Shown here one piece after another: positions 51,062 to 62,200 of a stretch of 64,000 nucleotides of DNA. The number at the start of each line of letters is the position of its first letter. Positions within the stretch are counted from its first letter, which is position 1. The DNA is from Candidatus Poriferihabitaceae bacterium (GTDB lineage: Bacteria; Pseudomonadota; Gammaproteobacteria; Arenicellales; Poriferihabitantaceae), in contig OZ245025.1 in assembly GCA_965223465.1 (NCBI GenBank), positions 295,009-359,008 on the forward strand, written 5' to 3'. The translations under genes were made by a program, and so were the position numbers. Under the pieces are notes generated by a model. It saw only the letters and a program-made list of their open reading frames with translations, searched no databases and was not told the DNA's origin.

Positions 51062-52396
51062 ATGCAATTTTTATACAGTATTTTCGGATTTATTGTCGCC
51101 ATTGGCGTTTTGGTAACCATTCATGAGTTTGGGCATTTCTGGGTGGCACGACGCGCGGGCGTGAAGGTACATCGATTTTCAGTTGGCTTTGGAAAACCAT
51201 TGAAAATCTGGAAGCGCAAGAATGACGAGACCGAGTACGTACTGGCCGCCATTCCATTGGGCGGTTACGTTAAAATGCTGGACGAGCGCGTAGAAGAAGT
51301 TGCTGATGCGGAAAAACATCTGGCCTTCAATCGCCAATCACTCGGTAAAAGAAGTGCAATCGTTGCCGCGGGCCCCTTGGCTAATTTTCTGTTTGCGATT
51401 GTGGCCATGTGGGCTTTATATGTGGTGGGGATGCGCGATCATCCTGCGATCATTGGCGACATCACGCCAGATTCCATTGCCCAAAGTGAGGGGTTTGCCA
51501 AAGGAGAGCGCATCCTGAAAATTGACGATAAAAAGGTGTATGGCTGGCAAGATACCCAACTTTATCTGATTCAGAAATCATTTCAGGATAAATCAGTCGT
51601 ATTCTCGATGCAGGATGAAATCAGCGGAAAGACCAGAGAGATCAGCGTCGATATGTCCGAAGTGGATGGTAGTGTGATTAGTCGCGGAGTTCTCTCGGGC
51701 GGTTTAGGTCTGCTCCCAGCGCAGATGAGCAATACGATTTCAGACGTGGTAGAAGGTAAGCCAGCTCAGTTGGCAGGGTTACAAGCGGGCGATAAAATTG
51801 TGCAGATTAATGATATCCCGATTAACGACTGGCGTGATTTGGTAACGGTGATCAGCGATCTTCCTGATGAATCTATCCGGCTAGACTATGTGCGAGACGA
51901 GCAGACAAATAGTGTCGTTGTTGAGGCTGGTAGTATTGAGCACGAAGGTAAAAAATACGGCCAGATTGGTGTGTATCCCGTGCGGTATAAATTTACTACT
52001 GGTGGGTTAGAGGGTATTGCCAAGGCAATCGACTATACCTGGCGGTTTACTTTTGTCAGTTTGTGGTCTTTGGGCAAAATGATTACCCAGGATGTGAGCA
52101 CAGATAATTTGTCTGGGCCAATTACCATCGCTAATTTGGCAGGAACCACCGTGCAACGTGGGATTGGAGATTTTGTCTCGTTTTTAGTGGTGATCAGTAT
52201 TTCACTTGGATTGATAAATCTATTACCCATTCCGGTGCTGGATGGCGGTCATTTGATGTTCTTTGCAATAGAGGCAATCACCGGCAATCCGGTCTCCGAA
52301 AAAATCGCCATTATCGGCCAGCAAATCGGTATCGCATTGTTGCTTCTTTTAATGTCATTCGCCTTTTACAATGATATTATTCGATTAATTTCATAA
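51062..52396 (+). CDS. rseP: RIP metalloprotease RseP
   Basis: HEFGH, two PDZ domains and NLLPIPVLDGG. Confidence 0.97.
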   Translation: MQFLYSIFGFIVAIGVLVTIHEFGHFWVARRAGVKVHRFSVGFGKPLKIWKRKNDETEYVLAAIPLGGYVKMLDERVEEVADAEKHLAFNRQSLGKRSAIVAAGPLANFLFAIVAMWALYVVGMRDHPAIIGDITPDSIAQSEGFAKGERILKIDDKKVYGWQDTQLYLIQKSFQDKSVVFSMQDEISGKTREISVDMSEVDGSVISRGVLSGGLGLLPAQMSNTISDVVEGKPAQLAGLQAGDKIVQINDIPINDWRDLVTVISDLPDESIRLDYVRDEQTNSVVVEAGSIEHEGKKYGQIGVYPVRYKFTTGGLEGIAKAIDYTWRFTFVSLWSLGKMITQDVSTDNLSGPITIANLAGTTVQRGIGDFVSFLVVISISLGLINLLPIPVLDGGHLMFFAIEAITGNPVSEKIAIIGQQIGIALLLLLMSFAFYNDIIRLIS

Positions 52397-52419
52397 GCCC
52401 ACTTCAGTCTTTTTCATTT

Positions 52420-54708
52420 ATGTTTAAAAAAATCGTTGCTGGTGTATGCATTTTTTTACTGAGTACAATCAGTTATGCCATTGAGCCATTTGTGATTTCT
52501 GATATTCAGGTTGAGGGCAACGGGCGTCTTGACGATGGCACTATTTTCAATTATCTGCCTTTAAAAGTGGGCGATGAAGTGGATGATGAAGAGGCGAGAC
52601 TAAGTATCAAGGCACTATTTGAAACAGGGTTTTTTCGCAACGTAAAGCTAACTAAAGACGGTACAACTCTGAAGGTAATCGTAGAGGAACGCCCATCAAT
52701 TGCTGGTATTACCCTAGTGGGTAATAAAGATATCAAGTCTGATCAAATAGAAGAAATGTTGGCGGCAGCGGAATTAACCGAAGGGCGAATTTTCAATCAA
52801 CGCCGCTTGAATGAAGTTATCAAGGGATTGTCAGATGCGTATTTTGCGCGCGGGCGCTATTCTGCAGAAATAAATGAAGAAATAGAGATACTCGATCAAA
52901 ACCGCGCTCGCATAACCCTTAATATTAACGAAGGTAGAGTTGCAAAAATTAGAGAAATTAATATCGTTGGAAACGAAGCATTCACGGACAAAACGTTACT
53001 GAGGCGTATGGAGCTGACAACCAAACGAGGTTTCGGGTTTACCCGGCGCGATTTATATTCCAAACAAAAACTCGAAGGTGATCAAGAAGCGCTGCGCAGC
53101 TATTATAGTGATCGGGGCTATTTTGAATTTGATATTCGTTCAACCAATGTAACGATCAGCCCGAACAAACAAGACATCGATATATTTATCAGCCTGCATG
53201 AAGGGCCGGTATACAAATTGGGCGCACTGAGTCTTGAGGGTGCTGAGAATATCGCACTAGACCAAGCTGCCTTATTGGATGCAAGTGACGCCAAAGGTGT
53301 GTTTTCACGTAAAACGGTAAGCGAAATAAGGGCGCGAATTGCAGACGCATTAGCGGACAAAGGCTACGGAGTGGCGACGGTTTCTCCGGTCCCCCTGGTC
53401 GACAACGAGACCCAAACGGTCAACGTGAAATACGTGGTTGACCAGGGCAAACGATTGTACGTGCGTCGTGTTAATATTGTCGGTAATACGGTTACTCAGG
53501 ATGAAGTTATTCGGCGTGAACTACGCCAATTAGAAGGTTCGCGATTTTCCGCGGCGGATGTGAGACGTTCTCAAGAGCGCCTTAGGCGTTTGGGACATTT
53601 TGAGGAAGTCAATATCGATACCACACCGGTCCCCGGGATTGAAGACCAAGTAGATTTACAAGTTAGTGTGGTCGAGAGAGCCTCAACCGGTAGTATTAAT
53701 TTTGCCCTGGGTTACGGCGAAGCAGAAGGTGCAATATACCAGCTAGGTTACAACCAACGAAATTTCCTGGGAACAGGGCGTGAAGTCGCTTTCACGCTTG
53801 ATAATTCCAGTGTGACGGATGTCTATGAAGTCCGTTATACCAATCCTTACTACACTGTTAATGGAGTAAGCCGAAGTCTGTTTTTAAATTCTACCAACGT
53901 TGACTCCGCTGAAGCAGACACCGCAGAATATTTCCTCGATAATCTGGAAGTAGGCGTGAGCTATAAAATTCCAATATCTGAGGATAATTCGGTTGGGTTG
54001 ACGGTTTTTGCTGAGGATGTGCAGCTAGAAGCATCAGAGGAAACCCCACCCGAGATATTAAGCTTTATTGACCGGCATCCTGAGAATACAGATTTTGGGC
54101 TACGCGCCTCTTTGGCAAAAGATACGTTAAATGATTTTTTGTTTCCCACTTCTGGGCTGCTCACGTCTATCTCTTTGGATGCTTCCGTACCCGGCAGCGA
54201 TCTTGAGTATTACAAGGTCAATATGGTGGGCTCGAAGTATTTTGAGCTTGCACGTAGTGGATTGAGTCTGAAATCAACGATAAAACTTGGTTTCGGTGGT
54301 TCTTACGGAGATGAAGAAGACCTTCCATTTTATAAAAACTACTATGCTGGTGGCGCCAGGTCAGTAAGAGGCTTTCGTGCCCGTTCTCTCGGCCCTGAGG
54401 ATACGGGTGATACGCCCGAGGCCTTGGGAGGTGATCGACGCGTGCTCGCCAATGTCGAACTGTTATCACCCAAATTTGGTAACATTAACGCTAAAGATAA
54501 GCGTTTGGGCGTATTTTTTGACGCGGGCATGGTATATGGTCCCGACCAGGATATCGATCTTGGAGAGTTGCGCTATAGTGCTGGTATATCGCTGCAATGG
54601 TTTAATATACTTGGGCCATTGACCTTGAGTTACGCGTTTCCTTTGAATGATGAAGAAGGGGATAATTTACAGGAATTCCAGATATCTCTGGGCACGTTAT
54701 TCAGATAA
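52420..54708 (+). CDS. bamA: Outer membrane protein assembly factor BamA
   Basis: POTRA repeats, VRGF motif and C-terminal barrel strand. Confidence 0.97.
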   Translation: MFKKIVAGVCIFLLSTISYAIEPFVISDIQVEGNGRLDDGTIFNYLPLKVGDEVDDEEARLSIKALFETGFFRNVKLTKDGTTLKVIVEERPSIAGITLVGNKDIKSDQIEEMLAAAELTEGRIFNQRRLNEVIKGLSDAYFARGRYSAEINEEIEILDQNRARITLNINEGRVAKIREINIVGNEAFTDKTLLRRMELTTKRGFGFTRRDLYSKQKLEGDQEALRSYYSDRGYFEFDIRSTNVTISPNKQDIDIFISLHEGPVYKLGALSLEGAENIALDQAALLDASDAKGVFSRKTVSEIRARIADALADKGYGVATVSPVPLVDNETQTVNVKYVVDQGKRLYVRRVNIVGNTVTQDEVIRRELRQLEGSRFSAADVRRSQERLRRLGHFEEVNIDTTPVPGIEDQVDLQVSVVERASTGSINFALGYGEAEGAIYQLGYNQRNFLGTGREVAFTLDNSSVTDVYEVRYTNPYYTVNGVSRSLFLNSTNVDSAEADTAEYFLDNLEVGVSYKIPISEDNSVGLTVFAEDVQLEASEETPPEILSFIDRHPENTDFGLRASLAKDTLNDFLFPTSGLLTSISLDASVPGSDLEYYKVNMVGSKYFELARSGLSLKSTIKLGFGGSYGDEEDLPFYKNYYAGGARSVRGFRARSLGPEDTGDTPEALGGDRRVLANVELLSPKFGNINAKDKRLGVFFDAGMVYGPDQDIDLGELRYSAGISLQWFNILGPLTLSYAFPLNDEEGDNLQEFQISLGTLFR

Positions 54709-54738
54709 GCGAATTCAGCAGTACTTAACTATTTTAAG

Positions 54739-55254
54739 ATGAATTTTATGAACAAAAATCGTTTACTGGCCTTAGTACTGGTTTTGGTCTCAATTAGTGT
54801 ACCGGTTGCGTCTGCGGAAAAGATTGGTTATGTAAATGCGGTGGAATTAGTTGAAACAGCACCACAGGGGAAAAAAGCATTAAAGGAATTAGAGGATGAG
54901 TTTAGTGAACGCGAGCAAGCCGTCCTTGCATTAAGAGACGAAGTGCTTGCTTTGGAACAAAGCCTTACCAAGAATAGCTTGTTGCTTAAAAAGGCTGAGA
55001 AAGATGAAAAAACCGCTCAATTAGCGGAATTACAAAGGCGTTTGCAACGAGAGCAGCGCGAACTGAGTGAGGATTTCAATTTAAGACGCAACGAAGCCTT
55101 GGCGAAATTGCAAAAAGTTGTCACTAAAGCGGTTATTGAGGTGGCCAAAGCACAGGATTATGACATCGTTTTCCAGCAGGCAGTGTGGTTCAAGCCCAGT
55201 ATCGATATGACCCAAGCCGTGCTGGATTATTTGGAGAAAAACCAAAATAATTGA
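54739..55254 (+). CDS. skp: Skp/OmpH chaperone
   Basis: Signal peptide, KIGYVN, long coiled coil, D.T..V; between bamA and lpxD. Confidence 0.92.
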   Translation: MNFMNKNRLLALVLVLVSISVPVASAEKIGYVNAVELVETAPQGKKALKELEDEFSEREQAVLALRDEVLALEQSLTKNSLLLKKAEKDEKTAQLAELQRRLQREQRELSEDFNLRRNEALAKLQKVVTKAVIEVAKAQDYDIVFQQAVWFKPSIDMTQAVLDYLEKNQNN

Positions 55255-55261
55255 GCGCGTC

Positions 55262-56263
55262 TTGAATCTTAATTTGGCACAGCTGGCCGAATGTTGTGCC
55301 GGCCATCTTATTGGTGATGAAACGCTTGAGTTAAGTGGCGTCAAGAACTTGGATACGGCCGATAATAAAGCATTGAGCCTGTATTCTGATAAGCGCTACC
55401 GTAAACAGCTAATGGATACCCAGGCGGGTGCAATTCTGACCACCAAGGCGCTGGCTGATGACGTGCAAGGCAATAAGATCCTCGTAGATAATCCATTACT
55501 TGCCTTGTCACAAGTTTTACAAGCTTACGCTGCCGAAAAAACACCTATTAAAGCACGGATCGCCAAAAGTGCGCGCATTAGTTCAAGCGCAATAATTGGT
55601 GAGCAAGTGCATATCGGTGCGCACGCGGTGATCGGTGATCAGGTGCAACTGGCAGATGGGGTCCGTATTGGACCAGGATGCGTGTTGGAACATGATGTAT
55701 CTATTGGTGAGTGTACTAAACTCGACGCCAATATTACGGTTTACCATAGCTGTGTCTTGGGTGCACGCTGTCATATTAGTGCAGGCGTTGTCATTGGGGC
55801 AGATGGGTTTGGTTTTGCGGAGAACAAGCACACCAAAGCAAGGCAGTGGGTGGCTATTCCGCAGATTGGCAAGGTCGTCCTGGGAAATGATGTTCGCGTC
55901 GGTGCAAATACTGCGATAGATCGCGGCAGTTTGGATGATACCCAAATAGCCGACGGCGTGATTATCGATAATCTGGTTCAGATCGCACATAATGTTAAAA
56001 TCGACCAGCATACCGCGATTGCCGGTTGCGCCGCGATTGCGGGGAGTACGCATATTGGAAAAAACTGTAAAATAGGCGGGCGCGCATCTATTGTTGGGCA
56101 TCTTCAGATTTGTGATGATGTTGTCATATTTGCCGATTCTTTGGTTACAAAATCAATTCAAAACGCTGGAATTTACTCCTCAGCATTACCAGCAATGCCG
56201 TTAAAGACATGGCATAAGTTGTTGGCTAGGTTTCGGTTACATACAAAACGAGCGAAAGGATAG
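55262..56263 (+). CDS. lpxD: UDP-3-O-acylglucosamine N-acyltransferase
   Basis: Hexapeptide repeats; IGADGFG, IDRG and DNLVQIAHN motifs. Confidence 0.96.
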   Translation: MNLNLAQLAECCAGHLIGDETLELSGVKNLDTADNKALSLYSDKRYRKQLMDTQAGAILTTKALADDVQGNKILVDNPLLALSQVLQAYAAEKTPIKARIAKSARISSSAIIGEQVHIGAHAVIGDQVQLADGVRIGPGCVLEHDVSIGECTKLDANITVYHSCVLGARCHISAGVVIGADGFGFAENKHTKARQWVAIPQIGKVVLGNDVRVGANTAIDRGSLDDTQIADGVIIDNLVQIAHNVKIDQHTAIAGCAAIAGSTHIGKNCKIGGRASIVGHLQICDDVVIFADSLVTKSIQNAGIYSSALPAMPLKTWHKLLARFRLHTKRAKG

Positions 56264-56271
56264 AACAAACC

Positions 56272-56718
56272 ATGAGTAAAACAATCGATATTCATCAGGT
56301 GCTGAAAATCTTACCCCATCGGTATCCCTTTTTAATGGTTGATAAGGTGGTTGACTACGAAGTCGATTCGTTTTTGACCGCGATTAAAAATGTGACTATC
56401 AATGAGCCTTTTTTTGTTGGGCACTTCCCTCATCGGCCGGTATTTCCTGGTGTCATGATGATTGAGGCGATGGCACAGGCATCGGCTATTTTGGCCAGTT
56501 TAGGAATTGACGCTGAGGCGGATGAAACCACGGTTTATTTATTTGCTGCGACCGATAATGTGCGTTTTAAACGTCAGGTAGAACCTGGTGATCAATTGCA
56601 GTTGGATGTGAAATTGTACAAAAAGAAGGGCAAAATCTGGAAAACCAAGGCGATAGCAACCGTCGACGGTGCATTGTGTGCGACCGCGGATATCACCTTT
56701 ACCTACCGAAACTTGTGA
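56272..56718 (+). CDS. fabZ: 3-hydroxyacyl-ACP dehydratase
   Basis: LPHRYPFL.VD and F.GHFP..PV.PGV..IEAMAQ motifs. Confidence 0.97.
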   Translation: MSKTIDIHQVLKILPHRYPFLMVDKVVDYEVDSFLTAIKNVTINEPFFVGHFPHRPVFPGVMMIEAMAQASAILASLGIDAEADETTVYLFAATDNVRFKRQVEPGDQLQLDVKLYKKKGKIWKTKAIATVDGALCATADITFTYRNL

Positions 56719-56749
56719 AGCGTTGGTTGCATAATAAAGAGGGAGATCA

Positions 56750-57541
56750 ATGGATATGATAGACGCAAGGGCGATTGTTCATCCAGGCGCAACCATTGGT
56801 GAAAACGTCAAAATTGGCCCGTTTAGTATCATCGAAGAAAATGTGGTGATTGGTGATGGTTGTATCATCGAACCCCACGTCGTCGTGCGTGATTTTACGA
56901 CCATGGGCTCAGAAAACCATATTTTTCAATTTGCATCGATCGGAGAGATCCCACAGGACAAGTCATTTGGACCGGGCCAAAGTGAACTCAGGATAGGCAA
57001 TCGAAATACCATTCGAGAAAACGTAACCCTCAATCGAGGGACGCCACATCATGGTGGCCTGACTACCATTGGAGATGATAACTGGATTATGGCGTATGTC
57101 CATGTGGCTCATGACTGCCATGTTGGCAATCAGACTATTTTTGCCAATGGCGCGAGTCTTGCAGGCCATGTTAATGTGCACGATTACGCTATTCTTGGTG
57201 GGTTTTCTCTGGTGCATCAATTTTGCAATATTGGCGCACATTGTATTACCGGTATCGGGTCGGTGTGTTTTAAGGATGTCCCCCCATTTGTAGTCGCGGC
57301 CGGTAATCCAGCCGAGCCCTATGGGATTAATTCTCGTGGCTTGCGTCGTCGAGATTTTGATAAAGACACCATACTTCTACTCAAGCATGCCTACAAATTG
57401 CTTTATCGCAGCAATTTAGATGTTCATTCTGCCATCGAAGCCATTAATAAGTTGGGTGAGGCTAGGTCAGAGTTGAGCTTGATGACCGCATTTCTCCAAG
57501 CAAGTGAGCGCGGTGTTATACGCCGTAAAGCAGAGCAGTAG
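56750..57541 (+). CDS. lpxA: UDP-N-acetylglucosamine acyltransferase
   Basis: Hexapeptide repeats; PQD, HVAHDC, LAGHV and VHQF motifs. Confidence 0.97.
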   Translation: MDMIDARAIVHPGATIGENVKIGPFSIIEENVVIGDGCIIEPHVVVRDFTTMGSENHIFQFASIGEIPQDKSFGPGQSELRIGNRNTIRENVTLNRGTPHHGGLTTIGDDNWIMAYVHVAHDCHVGNQTIFANGASLAGHVNVHDYAILGGFSLVHQFCNIGAHCITGIGSVCFKDVPPFVVAAGNPAEPYGINSRGLRRRDFDKDTILLLKHAYKLLYRSNLDVHSAIEAINKLGEARSELSLMTAFLQASERGVIRRKAEQ

Positions 57542-57571
57542 TGCCGGCGTTATTGGGCGCACCAAATTGAC

Positions 57572-58696
57572 GTGCGCATAGCGGTTATAGCGGGAGAACC
57601 TTCGGGTGATATATTGGCCGCCGGATTGATGGCGGAAATAATAAAACGTTATCCAGATGCCGCGTTTTATGGTATTGGCGGTGAGCAAATGCGGGCACAA
57701 GGTCTCCAGGTATTGTATTCGATGGATAGTATTGCGTTGATGGGGGTAGAGTCTGTACTTAAAGATTTGCGCAATATTCTCGCTATCCGCAGCGCGATGG
57801 TGAAACACATTCTGGCAGATAAGCCGGATTGTTTTATTGGCGTGGATGTGCCGGATTTTAATTTATCGCTGGAAAAAAAATTGCGCACTGCGGGAATTAA
57901 AGTGGTTCATTACGTCAGTCCTTCAGTATGGGCCTGGCGGGGCTATCGACTGAATAAAATTCGGCTTGCGGTGGATCATATACTCACCTTGTTTCCATTT
58001 GAGCAAGGCTATTATACGAAGCGTGGTATTCCTGCGACGTTTGTCGGCCACCCGGCCGCCGATAAAGCGGTGGCAGTTCGCCAGCAAGCGGATACCCAAC
58101 ATAGAGAAAAAACCATCGCTTTGCTGCCAGGTAGCCGACAAGCAGAGGTCAATAGCTTACTGCCTGTGATGCTGAGAGCAGCTAAATTGCTGTATGCGCG
58201 TTATCCCGATATGCGATTTATACTTCCATTTGCCAGTAAGAAACTGCATGCGCAATGCGCGCCGATGGTGCAGCATTCTGGCTTGCCGATTAAACTATAT
58301 ATTAAGCAATCTGGGCAGATCTTGTGTGAGGCGAAACTATCAATTGTTGCTTCTGGCACCGCTGCGCTGGAAGCGATGATCTATGGGTCGGTAATGGTGG
58401 TGGTTTATAAAGTAGGTTGGTTGAGTTTCACCATGTACAATATATTAAAGCATGTTGAGCATTTCTCTCTACCCAATCAATTACTCACGGAACCCGAGAT
58501 TCCCGAGCTTGCGCAAAAGCAGGTAACAGCAGAGAATATCTTTGAGGCAGCTTGCAGTTTTTTAGATGATCCAGCGCGTATATCGCGATTAGAGCAAGAA
58601 TTTTCACGCGTGGCCGATACCTTGCATCAAGACACCAATATGCGGGCGGCAGAGGCGGTATTATCGGTGCTCGAAGAGCCACGTGATGCAAAATAA
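57572..58696 (+). CDS. lpxB: Lipid A disaccharide synthase
   Basis: AGEPSGD, D.PDFN, YVSPSVWAWR, LLPGSR and SGTA.LE motifs. Confidence 0.97.
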   Translation: MRIAVIAGEPSGDILAAGLMAEIIKRYPDAAFYGIGGEQMRAQGLQVLYSMDSIALMGVESVLKDLRNILAIRSAMVKHILADKPDCFIGVDVPDFNLSLEKKLRTAGIKVVHYVSPSVWAWRGYRLNKIRLAVDHILTLFPFEQGYYTKRGIPATFVGHPAADKAVAVRQQADTQHREKTIALLPGSRQAEVNSLLPVMLRAAKLLYARYPDMRFILPFASKKLHAQCAPMVQHSGLPIKLYIKQSGQILCEAKLSIVASGTAALEAMIYGSVMVVVYKVGWLSFTMYNILKHVEHFSLPNQLLTEPEIPELAQKQVTAENIFEAACSFLDDPARISRLEQEFSRVADTLHQDTNMRAAEAVLSVLEEPRDAK

Positions 58697-59261
58697 CTGT
58701 ATTACCGCCGGTGTAGACGAGGCGGGTAGAGGTCCGCTGGCGGGTCCAGTGGTTGCGGCGGCGGTTATTTTGCCTTTAGATTACGCACTGCAAGGATTAA
58801 CCGATTCTAAAAAGCTATCCGAAAAGCGACGGGTTGAGTTAGAAAGCCAAATTAAATCACAGGCGATAGCTTGGTCAATTGGGCAAGCCAGCGTGAGTGA
58901 AATCGATTCGATGAATATTCTACAAGCAACTTTATTGGCCATGCAGCGTGCGGTAAATAGCTTAGTTTGTATACCTGATAAAGTGCTAATTGATGGTACG
59001 CATGCACCGGAGCTTGGGCAACCAGTTCAGTGTATTATCAAGGGCGATCTCAGCCAACCGTGCATTTCCGCTGCCTCTATTCTTGCAAAACAGGCGCGGG
59101 ACAGAATTATGTTGGATCTCGATGCCAAATACCCTTATTATGGTTTTGCCCAGCACAAAGCCTATCCAACCAGGCAACACCGCCTAGCACTGGAAAAATA
59201 CGGTGCATGTGCAGCACATCGACGCAGTTACCGTCCGGTACAGCAGGCTTTAGATTCATGA
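58683..59261 (+). CDS. rnhB: Ribonuclease HII
   Basis: GVDEAGRGPLAGPV, DSKKL and AASILAK motifs. Confidence 0.97.
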   Translation: MMQNNCITAGVDEAGRGPLAGPVVAAAVILPLDYALQGLTDSKKLSEKRRVELESQIKSQAIAWSIGQASVSEIDSMNILQATLLAMQRAVNSLVCIPDKVLIDGTHAPELGQPVQCIIKGDLSQPCISAASILAKQARDRIMLDLDAKYPYYGFAQHKAYPTRQHRLALEKYGACAAHRRSYRPVQQALDS

Positions 59262-62200
59262 CAGGCTTCGTTCATTTACATCTGCATACTGAATTTTCAC
59301 TAAGCGATAGTACGGTTCGTATTGATCAACTCGTGGCGAAGGCGAGCGCGGATAATATGCGTGCGCTGGCGATTACCGATGTGAGCAACGTGTATGGCGT
59401 GGTCAAGTTTTATAAAGCTTGTCTCGGTGCGGGGATAAAGCCGCTTATAGGTACAGAAGTCTGGATAGAAAGCCCAGTAGATGAAAACGCACAGGATAAT
59501 TTTATCTTGTTGGCGATGGACAATCACGGCTACGTGCAATTGAGCAAGCTGTTAACTCAGGCTATTTTGCACAACAAACACCTCGGGAAACCCATAATCA
59601 AACAAAGCAATTTAGCCGATAATTGTAGCCGCTTGTTGGCCCTTTCACATAGTGCAGAAGGGGATTTATATACACAGATAATGAGCGCGGAACAGGTCGC
59701 CGCAAACACGGCTATTACGCACTATAAAACGTTGTTCAAAGATCGATTGTATTTTGAAATATCGCGCGTGGGGCGAACCGAAGAGGTGATTTATCAGCGA
59801 CAAGTGGTGTCCCTGGCGGCTGCGCACCATATACCCGTGGTTGCGGTTAATCGGGTGCAATTTTCTGAGGCTGAAGATTTTACCGCGCATGAAGTTCGGG
59901 TTTGTATCCACGACGGGCGTCAATTGGGTGATCCAAGGCGTGCCAAGAAATACACCGACGCCCAATATTTTAAATCGCAGGAGGAAATGAGTACGCTGTT
60001 TGCTGATATTCCTGAGGCCATAGAGAACTCTTTACATATTGCGCGTCGCTGTAACGTGTTTTTTAAATTTGGTACGGATTATTTGCCAGCTTTCCCGGGA
60101 TCAGATAATAAAAGTGCTGAGCAAGTGCTAGCAGAAAATGCCAAAGCCGGATTAACCGAGCGACTTGAGCATATTGTCGATTCAGGTTTTAATGAGTCCG
60201 ACTATCGGGCGCGCCTAAAACTCGAACTCGACGTGATTAATCAGATGGGTTTTCCGGGTTACTTCCTGATCGTGGCCGATTTTATTCAGTGGTCACGGAA
60301 AAATGGTGTACCCGTGGGGCCAGGTCGAGGCTCTGGTGCGGGTTCTGTGGTCGCTTGGTCGCTTAAAATAACTGATCTTGATCCCCTTCAATATGGCTTA
60401 CTATTTGAGCGATTTTTAAACCCTGAGCGGGTGTCAATGCCCGATTTTGACATTGATTTTTGCATGGAAGGCCGGGATCGGGTGATTGAATACGTGGCTG
60501 AATGCTATGGTCGAGAGCAGGTTGCCCAAATCATTACTTTTGGCACCATGGCAGCCAAAGCGGTAATTAGAGATGTGGGTCGGGTGTTGGGGCATGGCTA
60601 TGGATATGTCGATAGTATCGCCAAACTTATCCCATTTGAAGTCGGCATGACTTTGGATAAAGCGTTTAAACAAGAAAAGGAATTACAAATCAGGTATGAG
60701 GAGGATGAAGAAGCAGCTGAGCTGATTGATATGGCGAAAAGGCTGGAAGGCTTATCCAGGAATGTGGGCAAGCACGCCGGCGGTGTGGTGATAGCACCTT
60801 CAGATCTAACCGATTTCACCGCATTGTATGCTGAATCGGAGCAAGCACAGGCAGTCACCCAGTTGGATAAAGATGATCTGGAAAGCATCGGCTTGGTTAA
60901 GTTTGATTTTCTTGGCTTACGTACCCTAACGGTGATTGACTGGGCGGTGGCATTGGTGAACAAGCTCAATCAAAAACTGGGACGCAATGAAATTTCCCTG
61001 CCTGAGCAAGCGTTTGTCGATGAAAAAACCTTTGAGTTAATTAAAAAAGGCCAGACTATCGCCGTGTTTCAGCTCGAATCCAGCGGTATGCGCGATTTAA
61101 TCGTGCGTTTACAACCCGATAGTTTTGAAGATTTAATCGCGCTGGTGGCGTTGTATCGACCAGGGCCACTTGATTCAGGAATGGTGGATTCTTATGTCAA
61201 ACGTAAACATGGTAAGGAAAGTATTGAGTTTCCACATCCGGCAACGGCCGATATATTGTCTGAGACCAATGGGGTCATTTTGTACCAGGAACAGGTAATG
61301 CAAATTGCGCAGGTGCTGGCGGGCTATTCGCTTGGTGCAGCAGATTTACTCCGCCGAGCTATGGGCAAGAAAAAACCAGCGGAAATGGCAAAGCAGCGTT
61401 CCATATTCGTTGCGGGCGCGCAACGTAATGAGATTGACAAACAAACGGCCGAGTACATCTTCGACATGATGGAGACTTTTGCTGGTTACGGTTTTAATAA
61501 ATCCCATTCCGCCGCTTACGCATTGCTATCATTTCAGACAGCTTGGTTGAAAGCCCACTATCCAGCAGCGTATTTAGCCGCGACCATGTCAGCAGATATG
61601 GATCATACTGACAAACTTGTAGGGTTGATTGCAGATGCGCGCGAAATGGGGCTCGCCATTGAAATTCCGGACATTAATCGTTGCCTATATAAATTTGAGC
61701 CCATCGACGATCATACGGTAATGTATGGGCTGGGTGCTGTGAAGGGCTTGGGCGAGGCGGCTATTGAGGTTATTTTGCAGGAACGTGATAACAACGGCGA
61801 TTTTGAGGATATTCATGATTTTTGTAAACGTGTGGCGTCACGAAAAGTCAACAAAAGGGCAGTAGAAGCCTTGGTTAAGGCAGGGGGTTTTGATGCGCTG
61901 GAACCAAATCGCGCACAAGTTTTGTCGAATCTGCCGAGGGCAATGGAAATTGCGGAACAAAACAGCCATAACCAGAGTGCTGGGCAAGGCGATTTATTTG
62001 GTTTGAGTGACGCCAACGTCGCGCATACACAACGAAAAGTAAGCCCATGGAATGAGCTGCGCCGGTTAAGTGAAGAACGTGAAGCACTCGGTTTATATTT
62101 ATCTGGGCATCCGTTTGATTATTATAAAAAGGAGTTAGAAACCATTTCCGATCTGCATCGCTGTGAGCGCCTGGATCAACCGTTATCCAACGCTATAATC

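Noticed and set aside
59030-59257. 76-aa N-terminal extension or intein in DnaE
   Set aside because: The extension overlaps rnhB; the real start is ATG 59258. The remaining length and motifs are ordinary, with no intein signature.
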